Assembly (NCBI GenBank): GCA_965235115.1
Contig: OZ249436.1
Location: forward strand, 19,594,001-19,658,000
Direction of reading: 5' to 3'
DNA from: Laetmonice hystrix
Lineage: Eukaryota
Length of the DNA stretch: 64,000 nucleotides
Position numbers and translations under genes: made by a program. How positions within the stretch are numbered: position 1 is the stretch's first letter; each line of letters opens with the position of its first letter. Positions 1 through 13,691 of this stretch are shown here, in pieces. The notes below the pieces were generated by a model that was not told the DNA's origin, did not search any database, and was given only the letters and a program-made list of their open reading frames with translations.

Positions 1-3000
1 CGACACACAAACCAAATACTGAATCAACACAGCATTTAACACCCAACAACTCTATGAAATAGTAGCCAACAACCAACAAGAAGTCAATCAATGACTTTGA
101 CCAGATCCTCATATTAGTAGGCACCTAAAACTCTCCCAACCATCTCACCTAATCCAACAAGATATCTCCAAGACAACCAAACTCATCATTCCAGACAAAG
201 TGACCATCATCGAACCACCAAAAATAGCCAACATCAACCAAGAAATTGAAACAAAAACCTTCATCAAACTACTAAAGAAAGCCGACCTCAAGACCTTCGA
301 CCCATTCCCAACCAACACAAAACTCCAACCAGACGGCATACATATCACCGAAGACACAGCAGCCAAAGCAGCCCAACATATCCAAACAGAAATTGAGAAA
401 ATGGGACACCCAACTGACCCAACCCAAACCCAAACCCACAGCAACATCAAAGCAAGACTTGGCCCCCTCCTAACCACTAACAAACCGGAACCACCACTTC
501 CAAAGACCATGTACAACCCTAATCAGGCATGTCATTGGAAAAGAATGGCAAAACCATCAAACATATTATAACCGAACACCAAACATTAGCCCACTACGAC
601 AACGACACGGAACTCATGACCATCAAAGGGCACACCAAACTCCAAATCGACAACACAATCAACGACATCGAATCAGCACTAATCAAAAGAGGATACTCCA
701 CACATGACGAGGACACCCGCCAAATTAGCAAACGAGTGAGTGAGTGAGTAGTGGTGGTTTTCCGCCGTGTCGGCATCCGGGGCCATCTTCCCGGCGAAAA
801 CAGGGTTAAAAGACCAAAAAATGAAAGGAACCTATTTTATCCCAGGCCCCAACGGGAATATCATTAAAACACACTCCATCCTGTCAGCTCAACCGGGCTA
901 TCGACGAGCCTGAACTATAAAAGAGTCAGAAGTCCAGCTTCTGACAAAAACTCTAAAATCACTCCTGGTCTGACATTGTTAAAAAGATCCCCTCACTATA
1001 AAACCGTTGTCTGATCAGAGTAAAATCACCACACTCAAGTAAAAGATGCTTCAGTGTCAAAGGACATTGACAGCCATGACATTCTGGAGGTGGCTCCCCC
1101 TTCAATGAAAACACATGAGTTAATCTAGAATGACCAACTCTGCATCGAGTAAAAACAATTTCATGCCTACGTTGGGTTAGGCCGTGACGGTACCTTTGGT
1201 TCACGACGGGACCGATCTGATACAATTTATTGTTTGGTTGTTCATCCCATTCAGCCTGCCATTTGTTCCTAACGTAAGCCCAGATGGTAGGTCTGAGATC
1301 AGAGGCAGGGATTGGACACAGTTCGACGTCTGTTTCAAGAGCCCTCTTGGCAGTTTTGTCAGCTTGCTCATTGCCCGGGATGACAACATGACCAGGCACC
1401 CAGCAAAATTGAATATCAAAGTTTGCATTGGCAAGCACTGCCAACTTGGACAAGATTTGAACGATCACTGGGTGAAATAGCAAACAAACACAGACCCAAA
1501 CCCAAACCTACCGACAGGAGGAAACTTACTGACAGGAGGAATCCTACAAAATAACAAGAGATGATACCACCAGACCCACCCAACGAACATCAACACAACA
1601 CCGATCCCCCCCCCCCCCAAAGATACAGACCCCGAGACTACAGCCCAGCCTACACTGACATCAGATACCGTGAACACAGGAGCAGACAAAAATAGGATAA
1701 GAGCCCCCCCCCCCCCCGCACCAACAAACAACCCTACAACCACCTGAACCGCCACATAGAACCCTAACCCCCTAAAGCCCGAGAACCTACCAAACCACCA
1801 AACCCGTACAAGGAAAAAAACAAACCCAAGCCAACCCACCAAAATCAACGCAAATGCCAATGGAATCACAGGGAAAACTAACAGCCTCAAAGCCACACTA
1901 CGAGAAACCCAAAGTGACATAGCCATAACCACTGAAACCAAGACAACAAAAAAACGAAAAAAGACGGGTACACGTGGTACCACAAACCCAGACCGAACAG
2001 AGCGGGAGGAGGAGTCGGTATCCTAGTCAGCCACCAAGTCTTCCCTGAAACCCAGGAAATAGAGAACCAAACCCCGACTGACCAGAAAATCATATGGCTA
2101 TGCATAAAAAATAAACCCAGAAACATATACCTGGGAGCACTATGGACCACAAGAAAAAATAGACCGAGACAGCATCTACAGAGAATATCAACAAATAAAA
2201 ACCACCACTAACAAACTGAAAGAAAAAGGATTCATCATCATAGCTGGAGACTTCAATGCCAAAATAGAAAGCAACAACCCAACCTACAAGCAACAAGCCA
2301 GCAGAAACGGGATAATGCTCACAGAAATCCTGGAAGACACGGACATGGAAACAGTGAACATGTCTGAAGATAATATCCACTGGACAAGAGAAAATAGGAA
2401 TAACCCAGAGGAAAATTCAATTATCGACTACATAATAACAACCAAAAACAACTGCAAACCAACTGACCTAACAATCGACAAAGAACAAATATTAACTCTC
2501 AAGGGCAAAAAACCAACTGACCACAACACCATAACCTTCCAACTAAGAACAAACACCCAGACCCAAGCCAATAAAACCCCCACAAAAATCTGGGCCCTAG
2601 GCAACGACCAATCATGGGCGAATTTCAACCAAAGAATAAAAGACCTGAGAACCAGACGAGCGCCAATATCAGCTACAACGACCTGGAAAAGATCATCAAA
2701 GAGAGCCTAAGCAAGGACATCGGAACCATAACCATAAGAAATATAAAAACCCAGAGAAACAAAAGAGTTAAAGAAGCTCAGACACAACAAAAGAAAGGCA
2801 AGAAGTCATTACAACAAGGCTAAACTACTAGATCTTGACAGCTCCACCATAAAAAAACTATACACGCGTAAATAGGAGGAAAGAACTAAGGGATGCCCTG
2901 AAAACTGAAGAGAACATCAGATCCAGAACAAAGATAACCAAACTAATAAAAACAGGCTTCAACCCCAAAACCTTCTGGAAGGAAAGGAAAAAACTACTAA

Positions 3001-4135
3001 AAACAAAACAAATGAAGCAACCCTAGGTGATCATGGGAACCCAATCCTAGACCCGGAACGAGCCAAAGACCATTATAGCCAAGTACTATGAAAACCTCTA
3101 CCAAGCAAGACCCAGCAAACCAGAATATGCCCAAGAAACCCAGGATATCACAAAAAACCACCCAAACAATCAGAGAAACAACCAACCATGCTGCCCACCA
3201 ACCATTCACAGAGGATGAACTAAACGCAGTCATAAAGAAACTGAAAAAAAAGCAGCGGGACCCGACAGAATACCCAACACAATTTTCACAGAAGCAAACC
3301 AAACCTCAAGAAAAATCTACCTCGACGTCTTCAACCACATAGCTGAAAATACCGACCCAATGGAGGGAGGGTGAAGTGATCCGGATATACAAAGGAAAAT
3401 GAACGAAAGGTAAATGCAACAACGAAAGAAGAATGACACTATCCAGCAACGTGGGTAAGGCCTTCGAACGACTACTCAACAACAGAATCCTAGACGTGAT
3501 AACAATTACTGAAAACCAAGCAGGAGGAAGAAAAGGAACATGTACCTCGGACCACATAATGAAAATCAAAGAAATCACTAACAAAAACAAACTAAAAAAG
3601 AAAGATACCTACATAACATTCCTGGATGTAACCAAAGCCTACGACAAAGCATGGCTTGAGGGCATTATGTACACGATGGCCAAGAACGGATGCGTAGGAG
3701 CAACCTGGAATTTAGCTGACAAACTCAACCCAAACCTAACCACAAGAATCCAAACCAAGCATGGCCTCACTAGACCCATCCTCATCAACAACAGTATCAG
3801 ACAAGGAGGAGTCCTAGCTGTAACCCAATATGCAACCCTAATGGACGAAATAAACAAAGATATCCAACAGGCAAAAAACGACCCTATGAACAACATAGAC
3901 AAATACTCCGACTGCCTCCTCTGGGTAGACGATGTGGCTATGATAACGAACAACATGAACGACCAGCAAACACTCCTCTCAGTAACCAACCAAACTCCTA
4001 ACAATTGGGAAACACCAACCCGACATCGAAATGAAACTCGGCGAGATGACAATCGACCACACGGAAACCTACAAATACCTAGGAGAAACCCTAAACTCTA
4101 AAAACAACATAGATGACCACATCAAAGAAATAATA
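1..4135 (+). mobile_element. Degenerate non-LTR retrotransposon (LINE) with esterase-type ORF1, APE endonuclease and RT; RTEX/CR1-L2-like, 3'-truncated
   Basis: ORF1 region has LILVGT and PDGIH (SGNH-like). APE motifs at ~1850-2540: NANGI, IAITTETK, GGGVGILV, IIAGDFNAK, SIIDYII, TDHNTI. RT at 3433-4101: QAGGRKG, FLDVTKAYDKAW, IRQGGVL, LLWVDD. Many frameshifts and stops; strongly A/C-rich sense strand. Confidence 0.9.
734..1477 (-). mobile_element. 5'-truncated I-group (I/Nimb-like) LINE: RNase H plus C-terminal zinc knuckle, nested in the first LINE
   Basis: ORF 959-1483 has WVPGHVVIPGNEQADKTAK (RNase H) and CHGC..LTLKHLLLEC. (ACTC)n 3' tail at 734-748. 8-bp direct repeat TAGCAAAC at 726-733 and 1478-1485. 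Confidence 0.9.
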
Positions 4136-4992
4136 GTGAAAAATCTCTTACCGGGCGCTTAAAAGAACAGACATTCGTCGCAATACCCTCCAACGCATGA
4201 AATGATGGCTAAAAAGTATTATTTATACGGAGAATTGTCAACTTGAGAATGAAATGTAATCTACACTTTGGACATGGAGTCTGACATACTGGGGGGGGGG
4301 GGGGCATGGAACACAGCGTCGGGTTACCGTTCTGTCCGTCTGGAGTTACTGCAGTTTGCAGCAGCACGCCCAGGCATCAGCATTAAGTCAGTGGTGTGGT
4401 TAGGCCTGCTGATCGTTCTCCTACTATGACAGGGATAATCTCACTCAGTCTCAGTCTAGACTCTCTGACTTCCTTGTATCCTCACCCGATCTGACAGCTG
4501 GTCGAAGTTCGCGGCTCTGGCGACGTCACACTTCCGGGTGATCTGACTGTTTTTGATTGGCTGAATCAATCTCCCATGTGATATTGTGATGTAAAAAATG
4601 GCGCCTAAGTTATTTCTCGGCTAGAGGTAGGGTACTCGTAGTTTAAGGTTGGCATTCTCGTTTATGTGAAACCTATTGACCTGCATTTATTGCTGATGTT
4701 ATTCTTTATTGTATAAGGCATATGGGAAGGTATAAGGTAGCTGGATTCTTGCGTTTCGCTTTAAGGTATAGGCTTTTGCTGTCGTCAAATCGCCACAGTT
4801 ATCCTATATTATTAATTACCAGTAGAAAACATGCAGTTGGTCCTAACGATGCGCACACTGCACGGCTCGACTGCCAGAACCAGTGTCCTTTTCCCCCGTT
4901 CTTGCTGAGACAACTACTTTAACTGGGAAAGATATTTATGCAGTCAAACTCAGAGAACGGGAATGCTTGCTGTAGGCTACATTTTATTCATA

Positions 4993-5445
4993 TAGTAACC
5001 CGTCGATCACCCCATGCAATCATGGGGGACTCTACAAACATTATAATATGGTAGATGATAAATCCACATAACGTGTAACTGATATTATATAACATAATGA
5101 TTATGACATAACAATACCATAGTATTATAATACCATAACTGATAATACATTATATGGAAATACATAGTCCAAAATACATGGATAGCAATGCCTTATTAGG
5201 TGGAGACAATGCCAGTAAGCTGAATCGAAGAGCCACCAAAGAAGGCAGGCGGAAAGACTCCGAACGCGACCCGTCTGGTCGACACGATGCTTCCAAAGGT
5301 AGAGAACTCGACTCTATCTGCTTGGTTGTATTTATACCCCTCCGGATCATCTCCCATGTAGCTTTCGTCACTTCTGCCCCAGACCGCGCGAGAGATGAGA
5401 ACTAAGATGGCGGCTAACGGTCGTACAGATATTATTTCCTTGACA
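4993..5445 (-). mobile_element. Probable solo LTR, related to 23561-24286
   Basis: On the - strand it starts TGTCA, contains GGGTATAAATA and ends GGTTAC. It shares GTAACYCGTCGATCAYCCC, CCTTATT..AGGTGGAGACAA and TATTTATACCC with 23561-24286. No clean TSD. Confidence 0.5.
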
Positions 5446-6711
5446 ATACATACTGAGCACACGGCATGGGCCCTCCATAAGATATCATTATGTGTGAGTA
5501 ACCTATACTAATCTCAACCTACAACGCAACCCCTCGCTTATCCTCCGAGCTCTGATTTACTGAGAGAATCTCATTTGAACATCAGTCGAGGAGGTCAGGA
5601 GGCGAAGTGTTCATTGTGACAGGAAGATTTATCTTTTTTTTCGGAGATATCGTAAAGTTATTCTCTATCACTGTATCAGGACAGGTTTCCGGTAGGATAA
5701 GAATGGATGATATAATGTTATGTCGGCCTTAAGGCTCATTAGAGCCATATAAAGATTATATAGGATAAAGCTAGAACATAGATCCGTACTGCATAATGCG
5801 TGTTTTTTTTACACATGGATTCCTGGCTTTACTCCGTATAGATTACTAACGCAAAGGGGATTTCTAAGCGGAAATACTGAAAAAAAACCTTCTTGATCCA
5901 ATTCTGTAGCTCTTTCACTAAAGGTATGTTCCGTTTTGTTTTCTCTTCTGCAATATGGTGCAACCAAGACCGTTGTGTTTTACATAGGCCTACACGAGGT
6001 ACACGGGAAAAACGATTACACACTTTGTCACATCTTTGTTGGATGGGCGATTACTATATGCCATGCATCTGCCTGACTTTTGATCAAACTTTGTTCTAAC
6101 CCAATAGAAAAGGGTCAATTCGATCTGAGCCCCTAGCTGTGGGGGTATAATGATTTAACATCCTTGTTCAAAACGAGGTCCACGGCTGTCAGAATCCGAA
6201 CGATCTAAGCCCAATGATATCCACGAGAACGATATAAGTCCATAAAGTCGTTTTTAATTTTCTTCGTCGTTTTTTTTTATCAAATCAGTAAAAATGTGAC
6301 ATAGATCTTTTCCCCCGTGTACTCTTCATACACAAGCAAGAAATAACAGCATTTTCATCATCATCGGCGGAAATCCACAAAAGTAAAGAATGTAACCCAA
6401 TCTAATGGATGTTTTTTTATATAAAAAAATCTATTGAATATTTGTAAGGTTTCTCCAAAAAGTGGAGGCGATAAAGGAAAGTCCGGGACTCCACGGCTCG
6501 ATCCCAGAACTATAAGATCAAAGATGCCGCACTCTTAGTTACCAAGTGCTGCACCATCCCGTTCCCCAGCTAAACCATCGGTTGAGAGATCGTATGAGAA
6601 ATCGGGACAGTTGACGGCGTCCACGGCCGGCTCCCGAACTGGCATGCGATATATATATATATATATACATACCGACTACCACCCCGTCCTGCAGTCTATC
6701 CACCAACTCAC

Positions 6712-6858
6712 CTCACCATATCCTGTTATTCCAGCGTCCGTATCCACGGCAACTACTGTACTGTCAAAGGTGGTGACGACCTTTTGATCCGACCAGGAGT
6801 AGTCCTTGTCCTTCAGGGGCAAGTCAATCTGGTAAACTCGGATCCGCTCGATCTTCAT
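6712..6858 (-). CDS. Exon 1 of a second cis-3-hydroxy-L-proline dehydratase-like gene; downstream exons not found in the window
   Basis: ATG at 6858, MKIERIRVYQIDLPLKDKDYSWSDQKVVTTFDSTVVAVDTDAGITGYGE, then GTGAGT donor at 6711. Differs from 16645-16791 at 5 of 147 nt. Confidence 0.8.
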
Positions 6859-7179
6859 GGTTGGGTTGACAGTGGTCAGATGGCGACTGGTGGTCGGACG
6901 GTTGGATCTCTGTCAGTTGACTGCGCTGGGAGACGCACTCAGATTATGTGGCCCTGGATACTACGAAAGCCCAGAAGGTTCATGCTAAATGCGAGATGCG
7001 AAACTCGAAATGCGAATTCACAAATCCGAAATGTAAAACAACCAATCGTAGACTGTTGGACTTGACCAATCGTGTAACAGCTTTTAATTACTGCAGATTA
7101 AGACAAAGACTCAGTATGGGTCACCCGACTCTCTTGCTGGGTCTGAATGATCACGACTGGGGGGGGGGGGGGGCACCTA

Positions 7180-7606
7180 CAATCGGAACTTCCGAGGTCA
7201 TTTCCGGTTTCCGATTGAGAAATAACCTCGGATGTAAGTCAGGCCCAAAACCACTCAGAACACCGACGCTGCTTCTGATTGGCTGTTTCTAGGTCATATC
7301 CGGAGTTGAACCAGACCTCGGATGTATGAACCGGCCATTTCCCCATGATTTGGGCAAAGTCTTGTGAAGTCAGATATTCTAACTCGACGGTAAATCGGTT
7401 TACTGATGACACATTGAATTTCTGTCCCCCTCTGCGTGTCCTTCGATTAAATGTCATGTCATGGATGACATTTTCGTCAAATCAGCGGGTTCATGATAGG
7501 GTTAATGTCTCTGAAAAATGGCGCATGCCTCACTTCGAGTTTTACATTTTGTATCATAATAGGACCTTATTATTTCTGAACCGGAAATGATCGGAGGTTC
7601 CGACTG
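7180..7606. mobile_element. MITE-like element with imperfect terminal inverted repeats
   Basis: AATCGGAACTTCCGAGGTCATTTCCGGTT pairs with AACCGGAAATGATCGGAGGTTCCGACT. Confidence 0.55.
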
Positions 7607-7786
7607 CCCAATCGGAATGACTGAACGATGTGGCCGAGTGTCCCATGCACTCCTTGAAGGCTACTCCTGGAGATTGGTCAGTAATCCTTCCCGCAAGAAT
7701 CATGCAGGTATTACAAGGTCGGTTTCTATGAAGATGTCTTTGAGTGGTAAAGTCCTTTAATTACAGGTAGCGTTCGCACTGGCTAA

Positions 7787-7983
7787 AGGCCTAGACACAC
7801 ATGGGCGTTAAGGGGCAAGCGTCATTTTCAAAATGACGCTCTGAATGCTTAGTATGGAAGGGTTGTTTTTTGACGCGCCGCCCATATGTGAATGGTGTAA
7901 TAGAAAACCATACTGAGCATTCAGAGCGTCATGACGCTAGACGCTCGACGCTTGCCGCTTGACGCCCATGTGGGTCTAGGCCT
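7787..7983. mobile_element. Palindromic MITE, PIF/Harbinger-like
   Basis: AGGCCTAGACACACATGGGCG...CGCCCATGTGGGTCTAGGCCT with long internal arms; flanked by TAA/TTA. Confidence 0.8.
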
Positions 7984-8182
7984 TTACACCTTATGATTGT
8001 CACACCTGCTTTATGTGATCCTTAAAGGTAATATGTCACGAATTTCAAATAATACGTCGTGTTTCAGCAAAAATGTGTCTGCATTGCGGTTCTCCGATAT
8101 GCCCCAAAGGTCCCCTACCTGTTTATGTAGCTTTGGCCGGTATTTTGTAAAAATAAATCGCCAATTCTTAATTCAGTCACAG

Positions 8183-8445
8183 CCAGATTGAAATCAATAT
8201 TTCGTCTGGACCAATTGGGATCTGGTCCGGACCAATTGCCAACTGGACCGGACCAGATCCCAATTGGCATCTGGGCTGGTCTGGATCCCAATTGCCATCT
8301 AGGCTGGCCTGGATGCTAATCGAGGTTTTCAGTAAAAGGATTGGGATCTGATCCGCACCAGCCGTCAACTGGTCCAGACGAAATATTGATTTCAATCTGG
8401 CCCAGCTCAGATCCCAATGCAATGACTCTTGGTCCAGATCCAAAT
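8183..8445. repeat. Inverted and short direct repeat cluster, probably a transposon subterminal region
   Basis: CCAGATTGAAATCAATATTTCGTCTGGACCA at 8183 is inverted at 8370-8400, with reiterated CCAATTG/GATCTGG units. Similar style at 51420-52000. Confidence 0.65.
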
Positions 8446-10299
8446 CCTCGTTACTCATCATGGTAAGTTGACTTTTACTATACTATTAATCATGATATAG
8501 AAATAGTAGATTTGCTTATTTAATTTCAGATTTTGATTTCAATATACAAAGTATATTCAAGATTTTGTTGGGGGAATCCCCACACCCCCTCTGTTGATGA
8601 TTTCAGCATAATATTATATTCCTTGATTTCAACATTTTGAAATTTCATTGCAGATTTGAAAGATGGGTGAAATGGCCACTCATACACACTTATGAAACCT
8701 TCAGTGGCTTGGCCATTGCATGAGCCAGCTAAGTCTTTACTACTAAAACATAGTTCCAAAAATTGAATGGCGTAGTAATATTGTGACGTCATTGCTGGCG
8801 GCGCAGGCCTTGTTTATGCGGCCATTTTAGACTTGAGGATTTCTTTGCCCCCGAAGTAAAGAAAATGTTAATTTTGAAGTTACAAATTAATCTGAAGCAG
8901 AAGGTTATGTAAATTACTGTATGAGGATATCCAGGATGTGAAAGTTGGGCTTATTTTATGCAATGGTAGTTGCCTAAATATTAGTTTGAAATTTCGAAGC
9001 GACGACAGTTGGCCTACCATACGCATCCGCTATGTTAGGCCAGGTGCTGGCTGGCAGAAAACCGCGAAACAGAAGTGATAAAACTCCAAGCACTTCCGCT
9101 TCCGTCCTGTTGGCCAGCGTTAACGGAGTGACCTACCTCTGTTTGGAGCGTGGCCAACATGCCCATGCGTATGCAGACCGTAGCAGGTGTGGTGACCAAT
9201 GACGCTATGTTGACATCCAGAAAAGCGAGGACATGTACCACTTGCATTTTAAAGGGATTGACGAAAATATCTGTACATTTGTTGGAGATATACGGAGGGA
9301 ACGGAACTACCTCGTTTGCGGCCATGTTTTTTGATAGGCCAATCACAGCGCTCTCTTCGATTAGCATTCACCAGGCTCTATATACGTAGTCAATATAGAC
9401 CTGGGGACCAGGCTAATTCTACCCCAAGCTTTTCATTTTACGTGTGATGTGAGACTTTAAAAATAAGGACGAATCGAGCACGAGGAAAATGTTCACGTTA
9501 CAAAACAACCACAAAACTACTGCTGTGCTGGCAATCAAGACGGAATATCTATCTCTCTCTCTTCTAACGAGAGATGGACGCACGCCCACAGTAAATACCA
9601 TCGAATCACCTATTACCATTACTCGCTCCCTCCTACCGTGTAATCACGCTAAGACAATCATGGTACAGTGAAGCGGTACCTAAACCTGGGCGATTGCATA
9701 AGAAATGAAGATCTTTATGTCCCTATTGTTCGTAGAAATTGGCCGAAATCTGTTGTCGGCCAGGCGGTCTGAAAGTTCCGGGCAAAGTATGCCTATATAG
9801 AATTCATAACAGCTATAGTCTGTCATCGGCAAGTTATGCATCAATCGAGTGGGTTTCTTTTAGCGGGTAGAGATAAATACATGGCAACTTGTACTGAAAA
9901 TATTATCTTTATTCCGTAGAAATAATAAGTAAATACACAAAATTTGACCTGTGCAATATAGGCCTATATTTATCTTGTAGAAATAACTTGACACAAAGGC
10001 CTAAATCCTTGACATTTCCTTAACATTTCGGTAATAAAATTATGGGAAAATATTCTGTCATTATCGCGTAAAATGGGACAAGCATATACAAAGAATATAC
10101 AATTTTGTTATAGGCCAAGGTCGATATTTATGCACGCCTTCACCGCTCCTGATGTGTGACCACTGGATCAGTAAAATATGTCCTTGATTGATTCAATTGA
10201 TTCAAACTCATTTATTATTATTGATTCATTCATTCCGGTTTTGGTCGGTTTCGGTACATTCTGCAGGTTTCGGTGTTTAGTGGGACTGTTGCAAATTTA

Positions 10300-10710
10300 T
10301 ATTCACGACTTTTTTTTTATTCAAGATTTTTTTATATTCAAGACTTTTTTATTCAAGATTTTTTTATATTCAAGATTTTTTTATTCAAGATTTCTTTTTA
10401 TATTCAAGACTTTTTTTCACATTCAAGATTTTTTTTCATATTCAAGTTTTTTTCGTATTCAACATTTTTTATTTTTTATGTTCAAAATTTTTTGATATTC
10501 AAGAATCTCTTCATAGTCAAGATTATTTTTCATATTCAAGAATCAGATAATTTGTAACTTTGAATGCATTTTTAAAATCTTGAATAGTAAATACAGATCT
10601 TGAATATATATTTTGAATATCTTGAATACATTTTGTATATGTTGTGTAAAAATTTTACTTCTAGAAAAATATTTTCGAGTCTTGAATATTTTCGGGTTTG
10701 GCGTGCCATA
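10300..10710. mobile_element. Non-autonomous DNA element with ~17-bp ATATTCAAGATTTTTT tandem arrays in inverted orientation; right end ...GGCGTGCCATA
   Basis: Forward array 10300-10545 and inverted TCTTGAATA units 10575-10690. CCATA terminus resembles the TAYGG...CCRTA elements at 26673 and 41932. Left TIR not seen. Confidence 0.6.
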
Positions 10711-13513
10711 TCCCAGTCTTTGTAAACGTCTATCTTTTCGGTCAAACACCTTCACTGCACACTTTGATCAGTTTCCAGTCTATGCTAGAACTATATGCGA
10801 AATGTATTCAGAAATATAGGGACATAATACAAAATGTTTAACGGTTGGTTCGGATTTTATCCAAGCGATCCAGCCTTCGTCATCACGTCCTCTGGTCGGC
10901 ATGTACGCTCATTTACCGGAGAGACGGCGCCCCAGTCTGCCAAGCGATCAAGCCTTGGGCCATAGACTACTCACCAGGTGGCGCCAGTTATTTCCTCAAA
11001 CGGCAATCCGTAATTTGCGGTAATCCGAGGCCCCAGGAGGGAGTGTGGCTTATCCCAACGATAATATTAGTAATTCATTTAGATCTATCTAGTTATTATC
11101 TGTTAATTATCTCTTTTGGGAGGGAGGGGGCGTTCCGGCAACCCGAAAACCCTCTGGCTACAGTCTTGCCTATGGTAGGCCCTACTTCTTTCAGTCTGAT
11201 TTTCGGCCTAAAGCGCATGCAATAACGCGCTCCAATTTTTCTCCTCTTTTTTTTCTGGAGGAACATATGCCCCCCCCCCCCCCGCCGCACGCCCATGTTA
11301 GAATTACCAGTCAGGCCGGAAACGGGCCTGGATCCGCCTCTGATATAGATCTAATAGATCTAGGGCCTATATAGGCCGAGGCCTATATAGATCAGGTTAA
11401 AGCTTGAGACATTTATATTGTAGACAGGCTACACACTTAAAACATTCTAAACGATAACTTTCATTCTCGGTCCTCCTTTCCAAAATGACTTTATTTCAAT
11501 GATGTTTTAAGCAGGGGGTAAACACTAACAGGCATCGCAGTTTAAAAAATGGCGGCGAGCTATGAAGAGTCCTCCTAAAAATGACCAGGAGAGTAATTTG
11601 CTCTTCTGTCTAAAATGTTACTTTGTTACATCAATTGAGTGTTCCATGATTATAATACATTGACTGATGAATTATATTTCAGAAAGGGCGACATCATTTG
11701 CTTTCTTTGAAAGAATAAAACTGCTACCATAAGATAATGTAAAAAATATAAAAGTATGAATTCCTATGAGTCTTCTTGAATGTTAATTCAATTGCCATTT
11801 GACTATAGTAGGTATGCTAGATACATATGTAAGTTTTTGTCTACAACATTAGTGCGTTTTCCTAAGCCATGGAGCGCGAAAATCCACGCGCCAAAAAGAG
11901 GATTTAGGTGGGCGAGAGCGATCGCGCACCTCAAAGCGCAAAACCCCTGTCCTTGGCCAGGGCAGGGGGTAAACACTACACCCCTAGCCTTTGTGGTCTA
12001 GACACACCAGTTTAGGAAATGGTAAAAACCGGTTCTCCCAACACGTCCGGTATAGGCGTCACTCCAAGTCCAGGCTCTGTCGACGCCTTCATCTTCCCGT
12101 TGACACGTTCTGGGCCTCCCGTAGCGTTCCGAACTGTGTTATAACTGCAAGAAGATGAAACACGGACCCGTGATTCAGTTATTAATTTTGTTTCATTTTA
12201 ACAATTTAATCGATTAGCCTTGTCTGTGGGAGCTATTAAAACCAAGGGCAATGGAGTGAACGTAGCCAAAACTCTAAAAAAACACCTGTTAATGTCGGTT
12301 GAGGAAAAGCGGAACTTCTCTGGCGTGCTGTGGGCGAGATGCGCGACGGCTGATGTGACGATGTCACTACCCCACGTGTCCTCCAAGGTCATCGCTATTC
12401 CAAGACTCACACAAAGGTCACGTGCCTTGTTTTTCAATCAGAGGTAAAACATTCAAAATTACGCATCGTAATTGTGTAAGCAGGCGGCACAGGTATGCCT
12501 ATATAGCAGAGTCAAGGACACGTCGATCCCACATTGCCTATAGACCCCTTTGGTAGGGTGCGAATGCTATACCCCCCCCCCCCCCCAAGAAAACAACATT
12601 GGTGTTATTTACTATAATCAACCCTTACTGCACGTTTATTCCGTCCAGTTGAAGTACGCCACAATGCCTATAGCTGTCTGCCTCAAAGAGCAAAATTATA
12701 AGTAGAAAGACAGGCACGTGTCGGGCCAGTGCCTCAGGCGTGGCTTATTCAATATTCTATAGATAGACACATAACCTGTTTCGTCTTGGTCAGACCTCCT
12801 AGTTTACTGATTTTCAGATTGACCACGTCTGCTGCGCGGTCGTTATGGATACGTAGGAGCATGCGCACATCGTCCATGTTTTCATCGATGATAAGAGGTC
12901 TGAAATTATTTTTTAAGAACAGAAATTATAGTCGAGCATAGATGATTCTCTGATGTCTATTCAAAGTTTTACTTTCAAGATGGATTCCGACTAATCCTTA
13001 CCTGTCCGTGTGTTCACGTACTGTCAGGCATTCTTCGTGTGTCCGACAGGGTTGTTCTATATAAACATCCAAGTCATGGACGGCGTTTGCTATTCTTATC
13101 GCCTGATGAGGTAGCCAGCCTACGATATATAAGATAAATCTATTATGTTGTCCATAGGCATACCACCATAACCTTTGTGTAAATCTACTGCTGAACGGAT
13201 AGACAACATCTGGTAGTTTCATAGAGGTTGAGAAAGGTTGTTGACCTAGTCCTATTACTATGCATGATTTCTCAGCTTACGATGCCATGTGTTAGGCCTA
13301 ATTTGATGAAGTTCCAGACCAAAGCGATAAGAGGTCGCGCCAAATCAGGTAGGCTATGATAATTGATTTATGATCACTCACGACCACGATTAATGTTAAA
13401 GGGATGGAAAACCCACACAGCAAATAAGGTTTCGTAGAACAAATGAAACACCAGCAATTACCTCAGGGCAATAAATGCCACAATTACGTTGTCTGAATGT
13501 AGTAATTAACGTG

Positions 13514-13691
13514 TAACCGCCCGATGTGTGACGCGGCTGGTTCTGCTTGTGTGTTCAACACCTCGGACGTTTACAAACGTTTACAAAGACTGGGACTCCA
13601 AACATGGTGTTACGCAATACGCCGCGTTGTGCAGCATTCGGCTGTGATGAACACACAAGTAGAACCAGCGGCGTCACACATCGGGCGGTTA
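13514..13691. mobile_element. Hairpin MITE; second copy at ~58113-58342
   Basis: TAACCGCCCGATGTGTGACGC.GCTGGTTCT ... AGAACCAGCGGCGTCACACATCGGGCGGTTA. Confidence 0.8.

Noticed and set aside
145..4052. Hydrophobic minus-strand ORFs resembling membrane proteins
   Set aside because: Antisense shadows of the A/C-rich LINE.
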